Shown piece after piece: positions 48,081-56,251 of a DNA stretch of 64,000 bases. The position numbers and the translations under genes are program-made. This DNA comes from Sphingomonadaceae bacterium. Its GTDB lineage: Bacteria > Pseudomonadota > Alphaproteobacteria > Sphingomonadales > Sphingomonadaceae. How positions within the stretch are numbered: position 1 is the stretch's first letter; each line of letters begins with the position of its first letter. The stretch is taken from NCBI GenBank assembly GCA_024236155.1, contig JACKLA010000001.1:605298-669297 (forward strand). Direction: 5' to 3'. The notes below the pieces were generated by a model. The model had not been told where the DNA came from. It ran no database searches and saw nothing but the letters and a program-made list of their open reading frames with translations.

Positions 48081-51000
48081 ATGCGTGCCAGAAACTTCCT
48101 TCTCACTACAGCGGCCATCCTACCGGCTGCATTTGTTTCTGCACCGCTTGCCGCGCAAAGCATCACACTGGCACCGCCGCCCGTGCGTCAGCCGCTGGAC
48201 GAGAACGGCGTCGACCTCTCCTCAGGCGAAATCATCGTACCGTCATCGGTTGTCGCCATAGGCGGGGCCGATGGATTGATCCACACGCGCTCGCGTGTAT
48301 CGAACGGTTGGCGGCACAACTATATACTCTCGATTGCAAGCGACACCGGGGCGAACGGAACAACCTATATCGTCCAGATTGGCGGCTCAGCGCGGGAGTT
48401 CGACGAGGACAACGGGAGCTACACCCCGGTCGGAACCGAAACCGGGACGCTGACGGAAACCGCCACCGAGTTCATCTATGTAGATGGCGGGGGGACCGAA
48501 TACCGGTTCAGCAAGACGTTAGTAGCCAATGGCGAAAGCTACTATGAAGCGGTTGAAGCGGTAGGCACGCTGATAACTACGCCTGCTGGAAACAAGACAA
48601 CTCTTACCTATCGCGGCGACAGCTACAGCTTCAACGGGAACACCATCTATACAGTCCGCCTGCAGTCGGTGACCAACAACGCCGGCTATCAGCTCAAATA
48701 TGAGTACGTCGCCGACACCCCGTCATCGAACGATCAAGGCGACAGCTGGTACGACATCGACCGCGTCACCGCGATCAACAATGCCGAAGAGTATTGCGAT
48801 CCGTCTGCTGACAGCTGCACGTTGACGGGGGATTGGCCCTATCTCGCCTACTCCCGCACGGGCTACAATGAGGGGACCACACTGGGCTGGCACAACAGCG
48901 TCACCGACATCCTTGGTCGTGAGGCGAAATTCAAGACCGGCAACTATGGCGAGTTGGTTGCGGTAAAGCGCCCGGGCGAGGCCGATTATGGCATGGTGAT
49001 CGGATACGATGCGCCGGGTGGACGCGTTGCTTCCATTACCCATCAAGGCACCCAGACCCGCAGCTATAGCTGGAGCGAAAACACCACCACCGAAGAGCTG
49101 ACTTCGGTCTCAACCGACAGCCTTGGCCGCACACGGACTGTCGTAACTGACATGGCGGAAGGGCTGGTCAAGAGCGCGACCGATGCGCTCGGCAATACGA
49201 CCAGCTATAGCTATGATGCAAACGGATGGCCTGACGAAATTACTGCACCTGAGGGTAACAAGGTCAGCATTACCCGCGATGCGCGCGGGCGTGTGACCAA
49301 GGTAACGCACATCGCCAAGCCGGGCTCGGGCCTTGCCAATATCGAAACACTGGCGAGCTATCCGGCGCTCACCAGCGGGATCAGCTGCTCCAACACTGTG
49401 AACTGCGACAAGCCGATCACCACCACCGATGCACGCGGCAAGGTGACCAATTATACCTATGACGCAACGCATGGCGGGGTAACGCAGGTCAAGCTGCCGC
49501 AGGACGCGGGCGGCATTCGCCCACAAACCGATTTCACCTACACCACCCAATATGCCCGGATAAAGAACAGCTCTGGCACGCTGGTGCAGTCACCGGATGG
49601 CATCGTTCGTCCCGACACGGTGACCAGATGCCGCACGGCTGCCGCCTGCTCCGGCACGGCGAACGAGCAGGTGATCGACCTTGCATACAACAACACCTCG
49701 GCAGAGAACCTGCAGCCCGTCAGCGTAACCCGCAAGGCAGGCAACGGCACTCTGGCGCAGACCACGGCGATCACCTACGATCCGCTGGGCAATGTGCTGA
49801 CGGTCGATGGACCACTGACAGGCACGGTTGACACCAGCCGCAACCATTATGACGTGGCCGGGCAGCTGATCGGCAGTGTCGGGCCTGACCCGGACGGCGC
49901 TGGCACGCTCCCGCGCCTTGCCTCACGCGTCACCTATAATGATGACGGGCAGGTCACAATTGCCGAGAGCGGCACGGTTACCGGTCAGAGCGAAGCCGAC
50001 TTCGCCAATTTCTCCCCGCAGACCAAATCGGTCACCAGCTATGACGAGTTTGGCCGGGTCGAAACGGTCGCGCAGGTCGGTACTGTAGGCAATACCCAGT
50101 ACAGCATCGCCCAATATAGCTATGACGCATCGGGCCGCCCTGAATGCACCGCGCTGCGGATGAACGCGCCTTACACGTCGACCACACTCCCCGCCGATGC
50201 TTGTACCGCGATGACGGCAGGTTCTTATGGCGAAGACCGCATCAGCCGCACATATTACGATGCAGCAGATCGGGTGACTTCTGTATTCTCCGGCGTCGGA
50301 ACCGATTTGCAGCAGCAATCGGTCGAAATGTCCTACAACGACAATGGCACCGTTGCCTGGGTAGAGGATGCGGCGGACAACCGCACCGCCTACAGCTATG
50401 ACGGGCATGATCGCAGTTACAAGGTCACTTACCCTTCCGACGATACGCCGCATACGACCGACGCGACAAACTACGAACAGGTCACTTACGATGCGGGTGG
50501 CAACATCCTCACCCATCGCACCCGCGCGGGTGAAACCTTCTCCTACGCCTATGACGATCTGGGCCGGGTGACGGTGAAGGACGTGCCCACCCGCAGCGGG
50601 CTCGCTGCCACCCATACGCGCGATGTTTATTTTGGATACGACCTGTTCGGCGCGATGACCTATGCAAGGTTCGACAGTGCAAGCGGTGAAGGGATCGACT
50701 TCGCCTATAATGCGCTAGGACAGCTAACCTCGACTACGCAGAACCTCGACAGCACCAGTCGCACGCTGGCCTATCAATATGATGTCGCCGGACGGCAGAC
50801 CCGTGTGACCCACCCTGACGGGGCTTACTGGCAATATCTCTTCGACGATATGGGGCGTCTCAAATATGTCAGGGATCAGGCAAACAAGTCGCTGATCACC
50901 CAGCTTTATCAAGCCTATGGCCCGATATCGCGTCGGACGCGCGAAGGCAGCGCTCCTGATGACTTCTTCTTCTACGATAGCGCCAAGCGGATGGACCATT

Positions 51001-51974
51001 TGCGCACCACGCATCCGACCTCAAGCTATACGGTCAATCAGGAATGGACCTTCAACCCCGCCCATCAGGCGACCACGGAGGAGCTGGACAACCAGCTCTA
51101 TGCCTGGAACGGCCACCCTGCCTCGAACAGCCAGACGGCCTATAGTGCCAACGGCCTCAACCAGATCACCCAGGCGGGTGCCAATGCCTACAGCTATGAC
51201 GGTAACGGCAATCTCACCTCGGACAGCCTGACCAGCTATGTCTACGATACGGAGAACCGGCTGGTCGGTGCATCGGGCCAGAACACGGTCGGCCTGCGCT
51301 ACGATCCGCTGGGCCGCTTGTACGAGATCGATGATGGCAATGGCGGTGTGCGCCGCCTGCTCTACGATGGCGATGCGCTGGTGGCAGAATACAACACCAG
51401 CGGCACCATGCTCGATCGCTATGTCCATGGGCTTAGTGCAGGCGACGATCCGCTGGTGCGCTATGCGGGCAGCGGCACCTCTTATCTCGATGCGGAATAT
51501 CTCTATACCGACCGGCTGGGCAGTGTGATCGCGCGCTACCAGCGCGACGGCACGCCGGTGGCGATCAACAGCTATGACGAATACGGCGTTCCGGGGCAGA
51601 GCACGGGCATCTACAACAATGGCCGGTTCCGCTATACCGGTCAGATATGGATACCCGAGCTGGGTCAATACTACTACAAGGCCCGCATGTACTCGCCCAC
51701 CATCGGCCGTTTTATGCAGACCGACCCGATCGGCTATGCCGATGGGATGAATATCTATCGCTATGTCGGGAACGATCCGGTGAATTTTGTGGATCCGACG
51801 GGAACCGAGATCGTTGTGAATGGGTATAAAACATGTCCCATCGGATGGAAATGCCTTAGTGGTGATGAGCTTGCTGATCTCCTCCGCGAATGGGATCTAA
51901 AACTGACCACACCCTTTGGCCCGCAATTTACCGCCTTTACGTGGAAATTGTTGCTACCGCCCCTAAGTCGGTGA
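48081..51974 (+). CDS. Rhs/YD-repeat protein with Sec signal peptide; C-terminal tip frameshifted
   Basis: Signal ..APLAA-Q, DENGVDL, many YD repeats, RYTGQ..YYYKARMY, DPIG-X18-DPTG autoprotease motif; no PAAR or VgrG domain seen. Confidence 0.93.
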   Translation: MRARNFLLTTAAILPAAFVSAPLAAQSITLAPPPVRQPLDENGVDLSSGEIIVPSSVVAIGGADGLIHTRSRVSNGWRHNYILSIASDTGANGTTYIVQIGGSAREFDEDNGSYTPVGTETGTLTETATEFIYVDGGGTEYRFSKTLVANGESYYEAVEAVGTLITTPAGNKTTLTYRGDSYSFNGNTIYTVRLQSVTNNAGYQLKYEYVADTPSSNDQGDSWYDIDRVTAINNAEEYCDPSADSCTLTGDWPYLAYSRTGYNEGTTLGWHNSVTDILGREAKFKTGNYGELVAVKRPGEADYGMVIGYDAPGGRVASITHQGTQTRSYSWSENTTTEELTSVSTDSLGRTRTVVTDMAEGLVKSATDALGNTTSYSYDANGWPDEITAPEGNKVSITRDARGRVTKVTHIAKPGSGLANIETLASYPALTSGISCSNTVNCDKPITTTDARGKVTNYTYDATHGGVTQVKLPQDAGGIRPQTDFTYTTQYARIKNSSGTLVQSPDGIVRPDTVTRCRTAAACSGTANEQVIDLAYNNTSAENLQPVSVTRKAGNGTLAQTTAITYDPLGNVLTVDGPLTGTVDTSRNHYDVAGQLIGSVGPDPDGAGTLPRLASRVTYNDDGQVTIAESGTVTGQSEADFANFSPQTKSVTSYDEFGRVETVAQVGTVGNTQYSIAQYSYDASGRPECTALRMNAPYTSTTLPADACTAMTAGSYGEDRISRTYYDAADRVTSVFSGVGTDLQQQSVEMSYNDNGTVAWVEDAADNRTAYSYDGHDRSYKVTYPSDDTPHTTDATNYEQVTYDAGGNILTHRTRAGETFSYAYDDLGRVTVKDVPTRSGLAATHTRDVYFGYDLFGAMTYARFDSASGEGIDFAYNALGQLTSTTQNLDSTSRTLAYQYDVAGRQTRVTHPDGAYWQYLFDDMGRLKYVRDQANKSLITQLYQAYGPISRRTREGSAPDDFFFYDSAKRMDHLRTTHPTSSYTVNQEWTFNPAHQATTEELDNQLYAWNGHPASNSQTAYSANGLNQITQAGANAYSYDGNGNLTSDSLTSYVYDTENRLVGASGQNTVGLRYDPLGRLYEIDDGNGGVRRLLYDGDALVAEYNTSGTMLDRYVHGLSAGDDPLVRYAGSGTSYLDAEYLYTDRLGSVIARYQRDGTPVAINSYDEYGVPGQSTGIYNNGRFRYTGQIWIPELGQYYYKARMYSPTIGRFMQTDPIGYADGMNIYRYVGNDPVNFVDPTGTEIVVNGYKTCPIGWKCLSGDELADLLREWDLKLTTPFGPQFTAFTWKLLLPPLSR

Positions 51975-52860
51975 AGGAAGTGAAAGAAGAAGAAGAGCGG
52001 GATAGGTGCTTGGGTGGAGTAACATTCGTTGGTGTAAACGCCGATTGGATAATCGGACCTGGTGTCAGTGGTCAGGTTGGCGTTGCAATTCCTGATAACG
52101 CCCCGATTGAGTTATATGGAGCGTTCAGCGGGGGTTTGATTTGATGTTGGAGGAGTGTCGTAGTTGGACGTGTCGATAGAATTTCAAGATTTAACGAAAA
52201 AGACGTCTCAAGTGAGTGGAGGGCAGGTTTTAGCCCTGGATACATCAAAAACATGGACGGAGACGTTGTTGGAGTATTCGGAGAATTCGGCGGTGATGCG
52301 GGGCTAAGCTATCAAGAAACATTGGAAGGTGGCGTTACCGATGGCGTTGGAGGTGACCCAGCCTGCTGAAGTTAAAGCTATAGCTATCTTATTTGGTTCC
52401 CACATTTGGAGCACCTCCTGACAGGGAAAATGCTTGGCAGTCCGAACAGTGTGAATATCGATTTTCCACATTTATTACATATAAAATACCCTCTAGATAA
52501 ATTAAATATCGCGGACAACATGATTCCAGAAATCATATAAAAGCTACGCTATTTGGATTTTCTGAATTGTTGCTCGCGTTGATTGAGTATATAATCAACA
52601 ATCCAATTGCAGATCCTATAGTTAAAACAGAGACTATCCAGGCTAATTTATACATATAATCCCCTATTTAGATTTTTATTACTTATTAGTTGTTGCTAAT
52701 CAGCTGAGTTTGACGGCTGTGATGGGATATGGCAGCGCATTAAGCGCTGCGTGCATAACGGCGGCGCTAGAATAACGGATGCGCTGAGGGTCGGCAATCC
52801 ACCAATCTCTATTTTGGCGACACAGTACTTAATTCAGGCAATGCGTCTAGTTACTAGTTA
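51804..52860 (+). pseudogene. Decayed Rhs toxin tip and probable decayed immunity gene
   Basis: The tip continues in another frame (EIVATAPK..GVSGQVGVAI), passes a TGA at 52142 and runs to TGA 52369; AT-rich broken hydrophobic frames follow from ATG 52341. Confidence 0.6.
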
Positions 52861-52874
52861 GGGTTTTCCTACAC

Positions 52875-53432
52875 CGATACGGAGAACCGGCTGGTCGGTG
52901 CATCGGGCCAGAACACGGTCGGCCTGCGCTACGATCCGCTGGGCCGCTTGTACGAGATCGATGATGGCAATGGCGGTGTGCGCCGCCTGCTCTACGATGG
53001 CGATGCGCTGGTGGCAGAATACAACACCAGCGGCACCATGCTCGATCGCTATGTCCATGGGCTTAGTGCAGGCGACGATCCGCTGGTGCGCTATGCGGGC
53101 AGCGGCACCTCTTATCTCGATGCGGAATATCTCTATACCGACCGGCTGGGCAGTGTGATCGCGCGCTACCAGCGCGACGGCACGCCGGTGGCGATCAACA
53201 GCTATGACGAATACGGCGTTCCGGGGCAGAGCACGGGCATCTACAACAATGGCCGGTTCCGCTATACCGGTCAGATATGGATACCCGAGCTGGGGCAATA
53301 CTACTACAAGGCCCGCATGTACTCGCCCACCATCGGCCGCTTTATGCAGACCGACCCGATCGGATATGCCGACGGGATGAATATCTATCGCTATGTCGGG
53401 AATGATCCGGTCAATGGGATCGATCCGACGGG
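52875..53432 (+). repeat. Direct repeat of Rhs core 51245-51802
   Basis: Offset 1630 bp; identical by eye over 51245-51664, then a few substitutions up to DPTG. Confidence 0.95.
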
Positions 53433-54054
53433 GTTGAATGAAGGTGACGAAGACGAAGACGATGATAATGCGTGCCCAAGCACCTGGATTTGCGTTACGG
53501 GAAATCACGATAGTTTAGCAGGTATGTTCAGCGGGATGAGTGTCATACCTCAGTCTGTACTAACGCCGAGGTTGGATGTAGCCCCAATGGACGGCGAGAT
53601 TGTCGTAACTGCAACACGTATAGCAGATCCCGCAATTGTCGTTACAGGCCGTCCACACCGCTACGTATTAAATTACTTGTCGCCTTGCCCAGCATGGACA
53701 GTGTTTAACTTTTTCAAAGAACCTGGCAACAGCGCGCCAGGAGCTCCTGCGGCTCGCGAGGGGTTTACGCCTCGGGTTGTTCTGAGCGGTGGAAACCCAA
53801 TTTCGCAAAATGTTAACTCCGTGACACGTACCATTGTAAACACGGCGCTGCCAGGTCATCGGTATTTTCCGGGCACCGTTACGATACAAGTTAGACCGGT
53901 GATGTATCGAGGCGTAACTTCACGAGAAACTTCTACAATTACTGTAACAGGAGTAGGGACGGGTGACCACGCAAGAGAGAACGAGATTTTGGGAAAGGTT
54001 ATTTTCAGCGCCCTAGCAGCGGCAGCAGCAGCTCCAGAAGTTTGCGGGAAATGA
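52948..54054 (+). CDS. Orphan Rhs module: core fragment plus intact alternative toxin tip
   Basis: Core repeat, DPIG-X18-DPTG, then an AT-richer tip of about 205 aa; no signal peptide. Confidence 0.85.
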   Translation: MYEIDDGNGGVRRLLYDGDALVAEYNTSGTMLDRYVHGLSAGDDPLVRYAGSGTSYLDAEYLYTDRLGSVIARYQRDGTPVAINSYDEYGVPGQSTGIYNNGRFRYTGQIWIPELGQYYYKARMYSPTIGRFMQTDPIGYADGMNIYRYVGNDPVNGIDPTGLNEGDEDEDDDNACPSTWICVTGNHDSLAGMFSGMSVIPQSVLTPRLDVAPMDGEIVVTATRIADPAIVVTGRPHRYVLNYLSPCPAWTVFNFFKEPGNSAPGAPAAREGFTPRVVLSGGNPISQNVNSVTRTIVNTALPGHRYFPGTVTIQVRPVMYRGVTSRETSTITVTGVGTGDHARENEILGKVIFSALAAAAAAPEVCGK

Positions 54055-54554
54055 CGATGAGCAGGATCGCGATATCGATTGGTGGTTGGACACTTATCGG
54101 AGCCAGTGCTCTGCTCGTCTGTGCTTGTCATAGTTTGAGGCCGCAGACCGCTTACTTGACGATTCAAGTTTGCCTAAACAATGAATCCCAAAAAGGAGAA
54201 TTCCTACAGCTCATGAAAGAAGTTGCACATCGGCAAAAATTACGATTTATTGATAATAGCGCGCAAACACAAAGGTATTTGACTGGTGTAAATGAAGATG
54301 ATCTAGCTGTTATTAAAAACATACCTACAATCCATGCGGGTATTGAGGGTGAGAGAGGGTTGGGTGTTACGGCCAGCAATCTTGGATTACCTGCAAACCA
54401 AGTTGCTTTGGGTTTTACCGAAGGGTCTAACGGTCGCCGAGCCAGAAAATTGTCGGATCAGTTGGTGGAGGAGCTTGCGCAGCGCTGGAATGTCGAGACG
54501 GTTCCTCAAGGGCAAGGAGTCTTTCCCATGAAATCCTGTGAAGGAGAAAATTGA
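54051..54554 (+). CDS. Putative immunity lipoprotein
   Basis: ATGA overlap with the orphan tip; hydrophobic leader ending LVCA-C; AT-rich. Confidence 0.7.
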   Translation: MTMSRIAISIGGWTLIGASALLVCACHSLRPQTAYLTIQVCLNNESQKGEFLQLMKEVAHRQKLRFIDNSAQTQRYLTGVNEDDLAVIKNIPTIHAGIEGERGLGVTASNLGLPANQVALGFTEGSNGRRARKLSDQLVEELAQRWNVETVPQGQGVFPMKSCEGEN

Positions 54555-54878
54555 TTTGGTGAAATATTCTAGGAATTCCGAGGACACAATACTCAATTTA
54601 CACTTCGTACAGCCCTCGCCCTCCTACACCGCCACGGTCTGTTAGCATGCTGTCGACCTTCATCGACACCCCGGACCGCTCCGCCATTCCACCTGCCAAT
54701 CGCACCGCCAGCGGCGCTGTGTGAGGGCATCTCGCAGTGCTGTCGCACAACCGTCACTCCTCAAGAGCCAAAAGTGATACGGTTTGGGCTAGATGGTGCG
54801 ATAAGCCACTGATTACACTGATTTCGACGAATGTCGTCCTGCATACCCCCATCTTCGTCGTCAACACCAGCGCCCCGC

Positions 54879-55099
54879 CCAGCAGGCGACCACGGAGGAG
54901 TTGGACAACCAGCTCTATGCCTGGAACGGCCACCCTGCCTCGACCAGCCAGACGGCCTATAGTGCCAACGGCCTCAACCAGATCACCCAGGCGGGTGCCA
55001 ATGCCTACAGCTATGACGGCGTTCCTATGCCCTACCGCTTCGCTGCTTAAGGGCAGGCAATCTCACCTCGGACAGCCTGACCAGCTATGTCTACGAGAC
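54879..55099 (+). pseudogene. Third Rhs core fragment (copy of about 51062-51250) with a 35-bp insert
   Basis: caggcgaccacggaggag..tatgtctacga matches the main rhs; AAC is replaced by 55021-55055. Confidence 0.88.
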
Positions 55100-55155
55100 C
55101 TAGGAAATGGCCTGCAAATGGCAACATCCACCAACTCAAGCAACGCCTTCCACCG

Positions 55156-55518
55156 CTAGTCCCGCCTGAGCGAGGCTCCCGCATAGGGATCATAGTCAGC
55201 AGGCGGCAAATCGCCGCGCGGGTCGTCGGGTTGTTCCGTCACGGGAGATGGTGCGGGTGGTGCGGCACTTCGTTGCCAAGCATCGCTCAATGATGCCGCT
55301 ACCAGCGGTGCGCCCAGCAGCAGGAAGCATCCCACGATCACCTGCAGCCCGCGCCTGACCGGCAAGCGTCCGCCAAGCATCTGGAACCCAACGAATGCGA
55401 TGGCGATGACACAGGCGCTGGTGGCGACCGTGCCAAGCAACGTGCCAGTCATCCAGTCAAGCGCGTTGCCCAGCGGATCGGCGGGGCGCATCAAAAAGAG
55501 TGGTCGAGTGGTTGACAT
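55156..55518 (-). CDS. Solitary TrbC/VirB2-family pilin-like protein with Pro-rich tail
   Basis: WMTGTLLGTVAT..IAIAFVGFQMLGGRL..VIVGCFLLLGAP is the VirB2 pattern. Confidence 0.8.
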   Translation of the reverse strand: MSTTRPLFLMRPADPLGNALDWMTGTLLGTVATSACVIAIAFVGFQMLGGRLPVRRGLQVIVGCFLLLGAPLVAASLSDAWQRSAAPPAPSPVTEQPDDPRGDLPPADYDPYAGASLRRD

Positions 55519-55676
55519 TGTTTGGATGTATTAATCGCTTCGAAGACGAGATGACTGTCTGCGGGAAATCTCTTCGCGGGGTCAAGATACGAAGAACCGC
55601 AAGGGGGGCATGCCCCGTCAGCTCTTTTCGCAACTCAGTATACTTTCACACTAGCGCTGCGACTGCATGGCATCCC

Positions 55677-55931
55677 TCAACTCCGGTAAGTGAACCGCGG
55701 AAGGTGCTCGACAGTCAAATACTGCATAAAGGATTCTTGAAGGCGGTGACAGGCAGCGGGCTCACCTTCAAACCAGATTTGCTTCGAGAGGTTGGACCAG
55801 AACATGTTGCTCTCATCACAACAACGGACTTGGTAGATCCCATTGGGAAGTTCGTACACCCAAGCGAGTAGCTGCATGTCGATGACTAGCGCTTCAAAAT
55901 CCTCAAGGTCACCATGGAAGCAAAACTTCAT
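55677..55931 (-). CDS. Small hypothetical protein
   Basis: GAGGATGAG RBS before MKFCFHG; 84 aa. Confidence 0.5.
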   Translation of the reverse strand: MKFCFHGDLEDFEALVIDMQLLAWVYELPNGIYQVRCCDESNMFWSNLSKQIWFEGEPAACHRLQESFMQYLTVEHLPRFTYRS

Positions 55932-55992
55932 ATTCTCATCCTCATTCAGAGGGGTGGAGTATATCAAATAATACTATAAAATCAATATTTTA

Positions 55993-56021
55993 AAGCGTTC
56001 GCAGGCGTTCGTAAGCGTTCG
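55993..56021. repeat. Three helically phased A(A/G)GCGTTCG repeats
   Basis: Starts at 55993, 56003 and 56013, next to an AT-rich stretch. Confidence 0.7.
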
Positions 56022-56251
56022 TGCAAGACTTATTTTGCGCTGGTCTGAATGAGGCTTATCCATCTCCAAGTTGGCGCGAGGGTGATTCGCATTCGCGGCG
56101 GCTGAGCGGTATTCGCGACCTATCAGCGCTCGGATGGCTGCATTGCGCCCTAATCCCGGTCATTCATATCCTCTCGAGCATTTCCCGAAAGCGGACATCG
56201 GATCGATCGAGGCGCAACGGCAGCGATCTGAATTTCTGCTGCGAATCCGGA

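Noticed and set aside
55603-55616. GGGGCATGCCCC palindrome as an oriT
   Set aside because: No relaxase in the window and no nic consensus that I can identify.
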